DNA from: Macrostomum lignano | Taxonomy: Eukaryota | Assembly: GCA_002269645.1 (NCBI GenBank) | Contig: NIVC01000257.1 | Coordinates: forward strand, 496,001-560,000 | DNA length: 64,000 bases | Direction of reading: 5' to 3' | Shown here: one piece after another, positions 1 through 15,564 of the stretch | Position numbering within the stretch: the stretch's first letter is position 1 | How the letters are laid out: every line of letters starts with the position of its first letter | Program-made: the position numbers and the translations under genes | Notes under the pieces: generated by a model | What the model saw: only the letters and a program-made list of their open reading frames with translations | Told to the model about the DNA's origin: nothing | The model's database searches: none

Positions 1-309
1 CATGAAAGTTTACTCGAATGGAGATGAATTTTACATTTTCACGCTTAGGTTCTTAAAGAATTAACCAGATGATACTCGAACTTCTGTTGCCAAGCTGTTC
101 TATACTTTTCGATTTGTTGGATTGTTTCTAGAGATGATATGCGTGTACAAACAAACCAAAACAGCTTTTATAATCTATGCCAATGCGATTTTCTGCTATT
201 TTAATTCGGTTTAACAATAAGTCCGCTTCAATGTATTGATTTCGTATTTCAACTGCAAATTATCGATCAGTGTTGTTTTATTTTTGTTTAAATTTTACTG
301 CAAATTTCA

Positions 310-1090
310 GCTGGTGGGCTGACCAGATCCTCAGTTGCTGCGCCAGCCTCCCAGATCCTCAGTTGCTGCGCCAGCCTCCCAGATCCTCAGTTGCTGGATC
401 AGCCTCCCAGATCCTCAGTTGCTGGATCAGCCTCCCAGATCCTCAGTTGCTGGGCCAGCCTTCCTGATCCCCAATTGCTGGGCCAGCCTTCCTGATCCCC
501 AGTTGCTGGATCAGCCTCCCAGATCCTCAGTTGCTGGGCCAGCCTCCCAGATCCTCAGTTGCTGCGCCAGCCTCCCAGATCCTCAGTTGCTGGGCCAGCC
601 TCCCAGATCCTCAGTTGCTGGGCCAGCCTCCCAGATCCTCAGTTGCTGGGCCAGCCTCCCAGATCCTCAGTTGCTGGATCAGCCTCCCAGATCCTCAGTT
701 GCTGGATCAGCCTCCCAGAGTGTCAGTTGCTGGGCCAGCCTTCCTGATCCCCAATTGCTGGGCCAGCCTTCCTGATCCCCAGTTGCTGGATCAGCTTCCC
801 AGATCCTCAGTTGCTGGGCCAGCCTCCCAGATCCTCAGTTGCTGGGCCAGCCTTCCTGATCCCTAATTGCTGGGCCAGCCTTCCTGATCCCCAGTTGCTG
901 GATCAGCCTCCCAGATCCTCAGTTGCTGCGCCAGCCTCCCAGATCCTCAGTTGCTGGATCAGCCTCCCAGATCCTCAGTTGCTGGGCCAGCCTCCCAGAT
1001 CCTCAGTTGCTGGGCCAGCCTCCCAGATCCTCAGTTGCTGGATCAGCCTCCCAGATCCTCAGTTGCTGGGCCAGCCTCCCAGATCCTCAG
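310..1090. repeat. 28-bp minisatellite (CCTCCCAGATCCTCAGTTGCTGGGCCAG)n
   Basis: Directly visible tandem unit; explains the repetitive ORFs 270-1381 (PDPQLLGQPPRSSVA...). Confidence 0.95.
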
Positions 1091-1175
1091 CACTTGCTCG
1101 GGCTGGCAGAACTGATCCAGTGCCCCAACAATCACCCGTTTATTCTCTCAGCTCACCGCGCCGCCCCAACACTTC

Positions 1176-1469
1176 ATGGCGCCCATTACCTGCCTGATCT
1201 GCCAGGGCGGCCTCAATGGCGACAGCATCTGCTCCGCTATGCCCGCCTGCGGCCACGTCTTCCACCGGACCTGCCTGGCCGCCTGGCTATCCTGCCGGGC
1301 CCGCCCAGCCATCTGTCCAGCCTGCAGGACGCCCGCCCCGTCACCCCCGCTCCGGTTGTACTTTTCAGCCGCCGGGGATGATGAGCAGAGCGACGGAGGC
1401 GAGGATGAGACGGCCGAGAGGAGCGCGCGAGAGCAGAGGGATCGTCGGGCTTCTGAGCAGCTAACGCGG
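1176..1469 (+). CDS. RING-H2 E3 ligase, TRAIP/NOPO-like, coding exon 1
   Basis: ATG 1176; CLIC...CGHVFHRTCLAAWL...CPACR (C3H2C3) followed by LRLYF, like the N-terminal RING of TRAIP. Acceptor TTATTCTCTCAG at 1140-1151 upstream; phase-0 GT donor at 1470. Confidence 0.75.
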
Positions 1470-1539
1470 GTTGGAGTTCCACTTCTAATTATTTGATATC
1501 GATAATTAGCGGCTAAATTTAAGGGCCTTAGGCCCGGAT

Positions 1540-1915
1540 GCTGGGATGCCAAGACTCAATTGGGGAATGCTGAGGTGCCAAAGATCAGTTGGGGAATGCT
1601 GAGGTGCCAAAGATCAGTTGGGGAATGCTGAGGTGCCAAAGATCAGTTGGGGAATGCTGAGGTGCCAAAGATCAGTTGGGGAATGCTGAGGTGCCAAAGA
1701 TCAGTTGGGGAATGCTGAGGTGCCAAAGATCAGTTGGGGAATGCTGAGGTGCCAAAGATCAATTGGGGATTGCTGAGGTGCCAAAGATCAGTTGGGGAAT
1801 GCTGAGGTGCCAAAGATCGATTGGGGAATGCTGAGGTGCCAACGATCAATTGGGGAATGTTGAGGTGCCAAAGATCAATTGGGGAATGCTGAGGTGCCAA
1901 TCTTAATGGGGGAAT
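1540..1915. repeat. 29-bp intronic minisatellite (GGGGAATGCTGAGGTGCCAAAGATCAGTT)n
   Basis: Visible tandem unit inside the intron between the two RING-gene exons. Confidence 0.95.
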
Positions 1916-2107
1916 GCTGGGAGCGACTCAGCTGCCACAAGAAACAGGCCATTTATTCGTTAAAATTTTAACAAAACTTTTGTAGCAATAAATTTAGCTT
2001 TGCTTTTATCAGGCTACTTTCAGTAGGTTGCGCGCACATTCTATTTAGATTATTTTATTTTTACATGGATTTCATCTTAACCCCCCACCCTGCCCCTTCC
2101 CCGCCAG

Positions 2108-2539
2108 GCGCTTGGCGCGCTTCGCACAGAGGAGGCCGGGCGGCGCCTGCTGGAGCGCCAGCTGGCGTCAACACGGCGCCGCCTTGCCCAGGCCGAGGCC
2201 GACCTGGCGCTGGCTGACCAGCGCGCCGAGGCGAAAGTGGCTGGCCGGATTCGCGAGCTCGAATCCCTGCTGGAGGTGCTGCAACCGGCCGCCACTACTG
2301 CCGCCACTGCCGCCATTTCAGACGAATCTCATGCCGTCGGATCGGTTCAACAGGCTCAGCAGGAGCAGCTGGGCCGCCTAGCCAAGGAGCTGGTGGTGCG
2401 GACTCTGTCATACACATCGGCGCCGCCTCATCAGTCTGGCAGGAGGCTGGCCCAGCAGCAGCAGCGATCGCGGCTTGCCATTCACCGGGATCGGCGGTTT
2501 GGTAGCCGCGGACGAGGGGAGAGCGCTGATGAACACTGA
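2108..2539 (+). CDS. TRAIP-like gene exon 2 (coiled coil), ends at TGA
   Basis: Acceptor CCGCCAG at 2101-2107, phase 0, same frame as ORF 2237-2539. ALGALRTEEAGRRLLERQLASTRRRLAQAEADLALADQRAEAKVAGRIRELESLLE is heptad-like. The 3' end is uncertain. Confidence 0.65.
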   Translation, partial: ALGALRTEEAGRRLLERQLASTRRRLAQAEADLALADQRAEAKVAGRIRELESLLEVLQPAATTAATAAISDESHAVGSVQQAQQEQLGRLAKELVVRTLSYTSAPPHQSGRRLAQQQQRSRLAIHRDRRFGSRGRGESADEH

Positions 2540-2544
2540 GGTCC

Positions 2545-2670
2545 TGAGCTGCCAAGACTCGGGGGGGGTGCTGAGCTGCCAAGACTCAGGGGGTGCTCAG
2601 CTGCCAAGAATCAGGGGGGTGCTGAGCTGCCAAGACTCAGGGGGTGCTCAGCTGCCAAGACTCAGGGGGT
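2545..2670. repeat. Left part of (CTGAGCTGCCAAGACTCAGGGGGTG)n-type minisatellite, interrupted by LINE
   Basis: The same unit resumes at 8588. Confidence 0.9.
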
Positions 2671-2772
2671 CTTACTTGACTTACTTGACTTAGCTGCAGG
2701 GGGCTCCGTGCGTCCGGAAACAGCGAGGAGGCGTTGCCGCCCATTTCGCTAACCCCTGGCGACCACGGGCAG

Positions 2773-6520
<3,748 letters not shown>

Positions 6521-6623
6521 GGCGAGTTGTGCAGGAGAGCTGCCTCTTCTGCCTCGCCGATAGCTCCAGGCTCCAGCTCCATGGGCTCCTCCCGGATGGA
6601 TTCCATGGTCGAGGGCGAGGTCG

Positions 6624-7985
6624 CTACCTGGGCGGCATTCTCGCTCTCGGCCCGGTTTTCCGGGGGGCCGCAGTGGTGACACTGGGCTGGGGGTGGCTGC
6701 GGTTGGGGGCCTTGGCGGTGTCCAGCAGCTGTTTCGCGCGCTGAGTCAGACCAGAGCGGATAGTGTTCCGGGCGGGTTTCCGGCCCTTCCCACGTCCGCC
6801 TGTTGCTGCAGCTTTCGCGGCTTTCCCTCTGACAGGGTCCATGTCCTCGGAGGGTTCGTGACGGCCGGGAGCTTCTTTTCCTGGGCGTTTCCGCCCGGCA
6901 GAGCCCCCGACTGCCCGCTTACGCTTCTCCGGGGGCGGTGGGCGGGTGGCGTCAGACTCAAAGCTAAAGAGCTGAATCTGCAACAGCCCGACAGAGATGA
7001 TGGACATGTCCGGGTAGCGGAGCATCCAGCTATCCGACAGTCCAAGAATGGCCGTGAAACCGTCTCCGCCTGGCTTGGAGATGGTCTCGTGAACTACGAC
7101 ACCGTTGGCCGGTAGCTCCGGGTTGGAAGCCACTAGCAGGTGACGCAGCTCGTCGGCCTTGGTGATGCAGCTGCGAGCCGGGATCCAGGCACGGTGCCGG
7201 TGTGTCCGGGGTCGCTCGTCCTCCCTGTAGATGAACAGGTTCTCCAGCTCCGTACCCCAGTCGAAGGTTTTCAGCAGCTCGAGGAGCTGCTGTCCTGACT
7301 GGCTGTCGGTGGGCTGGATATAGAGGGCTTGGTCCTCGACTTTCGTCTTTTGGACTCGAATGGTAGTGCCGCTCAAGGCCATCTTGACCAGGTGGGAGTC
7401 CAACCTGCGCCAGATAAGGTCGAGCTGTTCGGCCGTAAGAGGCGTCTCCTGGCCTTGGATAACCAGGGCCGGCTGCCTTTTGGCCATAGCCGCGTAGGTT
7501 CGCTTCGGCTTTGTGGTTTGGCCAGCGCCCCCCGCTTTGGATCCCTCCACGGCCGTGGGAGCTTCCACACGGGCAGAGGTCCGGTCACGGGAGGGGCCAG
7601 CCGCACCAGGAGCTTCGGCGGCACCTGACGCATCAGACCGGCGCGCGGGGTCCACCCCCTTGTCGGATGTCGGCTCCTCCGCGGAGTTCGCAGAGTTACC
7701 GGCACCCTCCTCAGAGGTGGCCGGAGGGGCGGCTTTCGCATTCCTCCGTTCCTCCGCTTTGCGCTGGAGAAAGGCTTTGTAGCGAGCAATGCTACGGGCC
7801 TTCTTTTTTGAAATCTGAGGTCCGCTGTCTTGTCCAGCCACTCCGGTATTATCCTGAGCGGCGGCAGCGGCAGATTGAGAGGCACCGGGGGTTCCGGTGT
7901 TGCGAATGTCCGGCTGGGCCGCGGTGCCAACCTCGGTTGGTGCTCCAGCAGCCTCGGACGTGTCGGAGGTAAGTGAATACTCCAT
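6624..7985 (-). CDS. LINE ORF1 (gag-like, no obvious CCHC knuckle; possibly DUF4780-like)
   Basis: 453-aa ORF upstream of ORF2; low-complexity N-terminus, RTYAAMAK motif, basic C-terminal part. The domain assignment is an inference. Confidence 0.75.
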   Translation of the reverse strand: MEYSLTSDTSEAAGAPTEVGTAAQPDIRNTGTPGASQSAAAAAQDNTGVAGQDSGPQISKKKARSIARYKAFLQRKAEERRNAKAAPPATSEEGAGNSANSAEEPTSDKGVDPARRSDASGAAEAPGAAGPSRDRTSARVEAPTAVEGSKAGGAGQTTKPKRTYAAMAKRQPALVIQGQETPLTAEQLDLIWRRLDSHLVKMALSGTTIRVQKTKVEDQALYIQPTDSQSGQQLLELLKTFDWGTELENLFIYREDERPRTHRHRAWIPARSCITKADELRHLLVASNPELPANGVVVHETISKPGGDGFTAILGLSDSWMLRYPDMSIISVGLLQIQLFSFESDATRPPPPEKRKRAVGGSAGRKRPGKEAPGRHEPSEDMDPVRGKAAKAAATGGRGKGRKPARNTIRSGLTQRAKQLLDTAKAPNRSHPQPSVTTAAPRKTGPRARMPPR

Positions 7986-8587
7986 GAGTCGCTGAAAGGC
8001 GAGTGGGGACTAAAGGTGAGAAGCCGCTGGGCCGTAACCCCAAACCCAACAACCAGGCCAAGAGGTAGCGACCGGGGGGTGGCTTAAGCCCGTACCGGCC
8101 CGACCGCTAGCAACCGAGAAACTCCCCGGCTAAGAGCCCGGCTTGGAAAGACCAGAGGCCGAACCAAAGGACCAACAGCACGGTACTACACTGGGCCCTT
8201 GAGGGAAGCAGGAGGACTGCCTCCGGAGCCTGCGGGCTGGCTGCATACCCTGTTAAGGTCAGAGGGTGGTACCTGTTCCTCAGAGCCGTGGCCAGAGGTA
8301 CCTGATACGCACAGGTGCACTTCCGGGCGGAGCCCGTACCCAACTTGGCCAAAAGGCCACGGATGGGTTGCCGCCGCCGGAGCCCAGTCAGTCCAGCAGC
8401 CCTAGAGCTGCCTTGAACACATGCGGGGCGTGAACCCCTGGGTCGGCTTGCGAGTCAGCTTGGAGAGAGTTCTCCTGCCATTCCTGCACCAGAATAGAGG
8501 GGGTGCAGGTGTGTAGGATCGCAGACCTTAGCCCGTAGGCCTAATCTGTCTCATGCTACACAGGCGTGCTGTACCCGCCATTGCATG

Positions 8588-9318
8588 CAAGACTCAGGGG
8601 GTGCTCAGCTGCCAAGAATCAGGGGGGGGTGCTGAGCTTCCAAGACTCAGGGGGTGCTCAGCTGCCAAGACTCAGAGAGGGGGTGCTGAGCTGCCAAGAC
8701 TCAGGGGGTGCTCAGCTGCCAAGACTCAGAGAGGGGGTGCTGAGCTGCCAAGACTCAGGGGGCGCTCAGCTGCCAAGAATCAGGGGGGGGGGTGCTGAGC
8801 TTCCAAGACTCAGGGGGTGCTCAGCTGCCAAGACTCAGGGGGGGGGGGGGTGCTGAGCTGCCAAGACTCAGGGGGGGTGCTGAGCTGCCAAGACTCAGGG
8901 GGTGCTCAGCTGCCAAGACTCAGAGAGGGGGTGCTGAGCTGCCAAGACTTAGGGGGTGCTCAGCTGCCAAGACTCAGGGGGGGGGGGGTGCTGAGCTGCC
9001 AAGACTCAGAGAGGGGGTGCTGAGCTGCCAAGACTCAGGGGGTGCTCAGCTGCCAAGACTCAGAGAGGGGGTGCTGAGCTGCCAAGACTTAGGGGGTGCT
9101 CAGCTGCCAAGACTCAGGGGGGGGGGGTGCTGAGCTGCCAAGACTCAGAGAGGGGGTGCTGAGCTGCCAAGACTCAGGGGGGGGTGCTGAGCTGCCAAGA
9201 CTCAGGGGGGGGGTGCTGAGCTGCCAAGACTCAGGGGGGGGTGCTGAGTTGCCAAGACTCAGGGGGGGTGCTGAGCTGCCAAGACTCAGGGGGGGGGGTG
9301 CTGAGCTGTCAAGACTCA
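8588..9318. repeat. Right part of GCTGAGCTGCCAAGACTCAGGGGG minisatellite
   Basis: Visible tandem units with variable G runs. Confidence 0.95.
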
Positions 9319-9724
9319 ATGGCGCACGGCACCCCAGACCTTTCTACGTATCGTTAAGGATCACAAGAAGTTTTTGATTTGCACACGAAAATTAAAGTCG
9401 TTTTTTCTTACATATTTTATAGTATGCTTAATGGTTCCTTTAAAATCTGTGTAAAATTTTAAAGCTTGCTTTCCGCACCTTACAAAATTTCTATCGCTTT
9501 TTTTCTAATCGATCGATTCTTGGAAGTATTGGACTGAGATTTGCCATCTGTCTTCTCCTTTCTGCTTGCGGCAACCTGTATTTCAGGTTTTTTGTATTTT
9601 GTACAAATATATATTTTTATATGTAGATTAAGTCCTGCATTCAGTTATTCTTGTATATTAGCAGATCGAATTGCTGCTATAATTGCTTTTTGTTTGCATC
9701 ATTTCCATTAATCACCACCCACCC

Positions 9725-10290
9725 ATTTCTAGAATCGCCCTGGACCCGCTTAGAGTTGCCCTCGACACACTTTTAGAAACGCCCTCGACCCACTTAGAAT
9801 CGCCCTCGACCCACTTAGAATTGCCTTCGACCCACTTAGAATCGCCCTCGACCTACTCAGTTATCCTAGAATCAACCTCGACCCACTCAGTTATTCTAGA
9901 ATCAACCTCGACCCACTCAGTTATTCTAGAATCAACCTCGACCCACTTCTAGAATCAACCTCGACCCACTTCTAGAATCGCCCTCGACCCACTTCTAGAA
10001 TCGCCCTCGACCCACTTCTAGAATCGCCCTCGACCCACTTCTAGAATCGCCCTCGACCCACTTAGAATCGCCCTCGACCCACTCAGTTCCTAGAATCAAC
10101 CTCGACCCACTTCTAGAATCGCCCTCGACCCACTCAGTTATCCTAGAATCAACCTCGACCCACTTCTAGAATCGCCCTCGACCCACTCAGTTATCCTAGA
10201 ATCAACCTCGACCCACTTCTAGAATCACCCTCGACCCACTCAGTTATTCTAGAATCAACCTCGACCCACTTCTAGAATCGCCTTCGACCG
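9725..10290. repeat. ~23/30-bp minisatellite (CTAGAATCGCCCTCGACCCACTT)n
   Basis: Visible tandem unit. Confidence 0.92.
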
Positions 10291-10444
10291 ATATTTAAAA
10301 TCGCCTTCTAACGAATTTTACTCTCGTAGAAGCACATTCTAGTGATGTAGAAGTTTTCCTTCAATTTTCGAAGCATCCTACTATAAGTACTTCAAGTAAA
10401 AATGCGCGCATTTTGTTATAAAAATTGTAATAACTCGATTCCAG

Positions 10445-10654
10445 GCAGGCTGCGCTAGCCAGACAATCCGCAACCCGCTGCAGCTGTACAGGCACTTGCT
10501 CAGATTGGTGCGCACCCTGCCGCCCGGCGCCAGGCCCTACTATTCCAATTATATTCGCCAGGCCTACAACAGCCACTCGGACGAGACCGACCCGGATCGG
10601 GTTCGTCAGATTATCGACCGAGCTCTGCTGGATGCCGACTGGGTAGTGAAGAAG
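10445..10654 (+). CDS. LYRM9: LYR-motif protein 9 main exon
   Basis: AGCASQTIRNPLQLYRHLLRLVRTLP...YIRQAYNSHSDETDPDRVRQIIDRALLDADWVVKK matches the LYRM9 pattern (PLQLYRYLL...HSDE.NPERIQQII.RA..DADW). Acceptor TTCCAG at 10439-10444, donor GTTAGC at 10655, 210 nt, phase 0-0. Confidence 0.85.
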
Positions 10655-10739
10655 GTTAGCGAGGCTGTGTGTGCTGCTTGAGGGAGTTCTGATGAAGTTT
10701 TTAGCTGATAGGGGTAGGCAATGATATGCAGGTAGGCCA

Positions 10740-11215
<476 letters not shown>

Positions 11216-11361
11216 TGGATAAATAATTAAGGTGTTACTGGACGGCTGCCGTTGCAATTCTCAGCAGTAAACAGCCTGATTGCCGCAGCCAACAGTGCAC
11301 TCAGTACTTGCAACCCTCCCCCGCCGCTGCCTCAGTACGCCGCCCAGAAGCCGGCCGAGAA

Positions 11362-11709
11362 ATGACCGCTGCGGAATCCGCCGGCTGCGCCTGTAAAGGC
11401 ATTCGCGCCTGCAAGATCTGCTGCGCTGCCAAGCAGCTGCCGCTGGTGGCTGTGTCCGCCGCCTCCTCGCTGCCGCAGCCTGACCAGCCTCCGCTGCACT
11501 TCTGCATCGACTGCCAAGCGGTCAGGGCGACGCCGCGTCACGCTGACGGCGACGATGCCGAGCACTGGTCGGCGATTCCTTCGTCAGCTTCCGGCCTGGC
11601 TGGGATTCGAGTGTTCCGCGATTTTATCAACCCCGATGAGGAGGCCGTCCTGGCTGCCGAGATTGACAAGCGGCCCTGGGCGCCGTCTCAGTCTGGGCGT
11701 AGGAAACAG
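11362..11709 (+). CDS. ALKBH4: AlkB homolog 4, coding exon 1 (frame open upstream to acceptor at 11304)
   Basis: CACKGIRACKIC (ALKBH4 CxCKGIRxC motif), DFINPDEE, PWAPSQSGRRKQ; phase-0 donor GTAGGG at 11710. Confidence 0.92.
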
Positions 11710-11854
11710 GTAGGGATGTCGCCTGATGCAGGTCGTAGAACTTAGGGAGCCTTTTACAGAGTCTGGTTTCCTGAAAATACATTTTGCTACTAGGACTCCT
11801 TATATTATTGTAAAGCAGTCCTGGTAGCAGTGTCAGTGGCAAACACTGATCTAA

Positions 11855-11899
11855 TAAACTACTACTACTACTACTACTATTACTACTACTACTACTACT

Positions 11900-11960
<61 letters not shown>

Positions 11961-12000
11961 TCTTCTTCTACTACTACTACTACTACTACTACTTCTTCTT

Positions 12001-12047
<47 letters not shown>

Positions 12048-12048
12048 T

Positions 12049-12099
<51 letters not shown>

Positions 12100-12128
12100 T
12101 TACTACTACTACTGCTGCTGCTGCTGCT
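11855..12128. repeat. (CTA)n microsatellite
   Basis: Directly visible, in the ALKBH4 intron. Confidence 0.97.
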
Positions 12129-12164
12129 GAAATGTAATCTCATAACTCAACTGCACTTGCGCAG

Positions 12165-12674
12165 GACTACGGCCCGAAGGTGAACTTCAAACGGCGCCGC
12201 CTGAACACGGCCAGCTTCAAAGGCTTGCCGCCGTATTGGTCTGCACTGCTGCCCCGACTGCTCGCTCTGCCGGGCCTTGCCGACTTCCAGCCCGTTGAGC
12301 TCTGCAACCTGGACTACCAGCCTGAGCTGGGCGCCCATATCGATCCCCATATTGATGACACCTGGCTTTGGGGCGACCGACTGGTCACCCTGAACCTGTG
12401 CAGCGACACCAGTCTGACCCTCAGCCAATCGGCTGGCTCCACGCGCATCAGCATCCCCATGCCCAGACGCAGCGTGCTAGTTCTCTCTGGCCCGGCGCGC
12501 TACGATTGGCTGCACGCCGTATTGCCTGATGACGTCACTGGCCGGCGATTGGCTGTGACGCTTAGAGAGCTGGCGCCCGATTGGCTGGAGACGGTAGACG
12601 GTCGGGTTCTGCTGAAAGCCGGGGCCGCCTTCGATGGGGTCAGCGTTGTGGAACTGAAGTCTGGCGGCAGCTGA
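12165..12674 (+). CDS. ALKBH4: AlkB homolog 4, exon 2 (2OG-Fe(II) dioxygenase core)
   Basis: Acceptor GCAG at 12161-12164, then DYGPKVNFK...CNLDYQPELGAHIDPHIDDTWLWGDRLVTLNL...WLHAV...RRLAVTLREL; HxD...H iron ligands present. Confidence 0.95.
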   Translation, partial: DYGPKVNFKRRRLNTASFKGLPPYWSALLPRLLALPGLADFQPVELCNLDYQPELGAHIDPHIDDTWLWGDRLVTLNLCSDTSLTLSQSAGSTRISIPMPRRSVLVLSGPARYDWLHAVLPDDVTGRRLAVTLRELAPDWLETVDGRVLLKAGAAFDGVSVVELKSGGS

Positions 12675-13167
12675 GCACCGCCTGCCGTGTGCATCCTCTG
12701 CCTTGTCCCAGTTTATATAGTGTGAGGCTTAAATAATAAGTATTAGGGGAATGGATTGCTAATCTAGCCAACGTCGATATGATGAAGGAATAGAATGGAT
12801 TGCTAATCTAGCCTACTTCATTGATAATGGAATAGAATGAATTGCTAATCTAGCTAAGATTAGATTGGTAATCAAGGTAAATAATAAATCATCCGAGTTT
12901 CTTCTTGCTAATGTGGAGCAAACAGTGCTAATCAATCGATCAATAAACGCAAATAAATAAGCAATGCTTTTCGTGTCATTCAAAGCTTGTTTCATTTGTT
13001 AAAATGCGCTCTTATTGTTTAAATATACTCTATTCTGATCTGATTTAAGTTTTGTGTCTGGTGTCAGGCCTCAAGTGAAATGGAATCAGTCAGTTGTTTT
13101 ATTATTTGAATTTCGTCTAGATTTTATACACAAAAAAAAACAAAACAAAACAAAATACATGAAACTA

Positions 13168-14845
13168 CGGGTTCGATCCTCCAGTGTCGGCGGCTGGAGA
13201 ACACGATGGCCACGGTTTTAGGCTCAGATAGCGTGAGACCGCAGCTGAGCGCCCAGCTCTCGACACGGTGGGTGAAAGCTTGGTGGGAGGAGGTCTCTTA
13301 GGCCACAGTGGCGGTAACGTCCGCATGGCCGACCTTTTGAACCGGGTCCGGGTACGGGCTGCTGAGGACTCCACCTGTATGTACCTCCACAGAGCGGGAG
13401 TGTCTCAGGAGGTGCGAGGTGGCAGTACGATGGGAGACCATGTACATGATCCAGCGAGTGAGGTGCTCAAAGAGCGCATTATTGAAAGCACCATCAATGC
13501 CGAGGAAAAGCGAGAGCGCGTATCCACTGCCGAGTACGGCGCGCTTGTCGACAATAGCGTGCAGCGTGCCTTCGATGAAACGACTAGGTGTTCCATCAGT
13601 TTGAGGAAGAGACGTCAGACTGATAGGGCGGTAAGCTTTGGCAAAATGATAGTCTCCCTTCCCTGGTTTGGGTATAAAGACTACCGTGGCCCTCTTGCCA
13701 GGCCTTGGGCACGTACCCGAGGGTAATGCTGGCCTTGAAGAGGTTGCAGAGGAGCCGAGAAACCTGTCATTTTTAACTGCCTCATGGAGGAAGGCAGGAT
13801 AAATATTGTCAGGTCCCTGTGACTTGAAGGTAGAGAAGGATTTTGCGGCGGGAGCCGTCCTCTCTCTGGTAATGATGGTCGAAGCCAGGATCTGTCCAAC
13901 CGGACAGTGGTCCGGTGGGCCTAGCTGCGGTGCGGCACATGGGAAAGAGATGGTGAGCATGATGTCCAGCGATTCCCCGGGGTTCTCAGCGAGCCGGCCG
14001 TCCGGTTTTTTAATGACTAGCTAAGGGAACCTCGGCTTTGGCTTTGACATTTTGTCGAGGGTGAGAGCCTTAACCACGCGTGAAGTAGGGCGGGTGCCTT
14101 CTAACTCCGCGCAGTATTGGCGCCACTTGTCGGACTTGGCTTTCCTGGTTTCACGCTTAAAGTCGCGGATCGCGTCCTGATAAGCGGCCAGGTCAGCTGG
14201 GTCCTTGATCTTGCGAGTTTTCCGTTGGAGGCACTTTGCCTTGCGCCGGAGGGATCCAAGTGCCAGGTGCCACCAAGGGCGGATTTTTTGCCTTTGTAGG
14301 CCTTAGAGGACAGGAGACCTCGTGGGCTGTCAGGACGGTCTTGCTGAGCAAGTCTGCAAGGTCATCCACTTTCTGACAGGAGGTAGAAACGACGGTGGTC
14401 AGCTTGATCTGTCTGGCATTTCAGGGTTTCCGCGAAGGCCGTCCAGATCAGGTGTTCAAGTGTTCCGGACGTTCCTTTTCCGTAGGATGTTAGACTTGGG
14501 GCGAGAGGATTGCAAGAGGAAGCGAACGAAGCGATGGTCAGACAGAGACTCCTCTTCGTCCCAAACCTCCCAGTCCCTGACCAAAGGAGCCAAACCGTGG
14601 GAGACTAGGGTCACGTCGTCCGTCCATCGCCCGTTGCCGAAGGTGGGGGTTCCACCTATGCTGCGAAACTCAGTACGTATTGGTGGTGTACATGCAGATG
14701 TAAGCAAGGAGTTACTTGCCTCTGCTGTTGGAGGCATTGCTGCCACAGTGAGTGTGGTGGGCCGTTAATGTCGCCCGCCACCAGGAGATCAAACCTGCGG
14801 TTAGAGCAGTAGTCCATGAGGGAGTTGAGGTTAGTTAGGTTCGCG
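13168..14845 (-). mobile_element. Decayed, internally deleted second copy of the LOA-like LINE (APE to RT part)
   Basis: Nucleotide similarity to ~4325-6150; peptides GPDNIYPAFLHEAVKND, FIPKPGKGDY, EESLSDHRFVRF with frameshifts and deletions. Confidence 0.88.
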
Positions 14846-15470
14846 TCCCTCGGGTTCTCCCTCTTTCTGCCCTCAGAAGGTGCATGGTATTGGTATTTTA
14901 TTCGATTTTTTTCCAAGACAGATACTTTAATACAATATACGTGTACGAGCGTACAATATGGCCAGACAGAATCATAGTCCAGATTTTAACTCAATCCATC
15001 TTCCATCATCTTAGCCCAGATCTTAGCCCAGATATTAGCCCAGATCTTAGCCTAGATCTTAGCCCAGATCTTAGTCCAGACCTTAACCCAATCTTAGCCG
15101 CCAGAGCAGCCCCGAGCGAGCTCAACTCGAGCTTCCAGGAACCGATCAGCGCCAGCCCAGCTGAGCCTGGGTTGGAAAATCCAGCTATTTTTGTGCCATA
15201 ATGCCGCAGTGTGCAACGGCAGCTCCCAACCCCCCTCCCCTCCGTAGCCCTCTGCACTGATTCTCGCCAATATCTCAGCCGTATCTCTCACTGCTGCTGC
15301 TAGCTGCTCATATCTGAGTGCTTACGGGTGCTCAGCAGAGCTACAGGCTTACCGCTGCTCTCCGCCTACGCTGCCGTTCCGGAGGGCGACCGGCTGCCGC
15401 CTCGGGAATTCCTAGGCGCCTGCGGCTTTTCCAATGCCTCGGACGGATCGTCCGCCGGAGCGGGCAGCGC

Positions 15471-15477
15471 TATAAAA
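15471..15477 (+). promoter_or_regulatory. Candidate TATA box of cytokine-like gene 1
   Basis: TATAAAA ~90 nt upstream of ATG 15565; CCAAT at 15431-15435. Confidence 0.35.
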
Positions 15478-15564
15478 TCACAGCTGAAAGAACTTCCCCT
15501 CAAGCAATTATAAGTCCTCTTCTAAAAGCAGAAATTAATTCAAGCAAGCATTAATATTGAAACA

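Noticed and set aside
270-1381. ORFs in the 28-bp array, including LIQCPNNHPF
   Set aside because: Repeat translations; the short unique part overlaps an acceptor and the RING exon in another frame.
2722-2740. HDV-like ribozyme in the LINE 3' UTR (GCCUCCUCGCU matches the HDV L3 loop)
   Set aside because: The P3 partner strand does not pair and P1/P2 are not found; a simple stem-loop explains the sequence.
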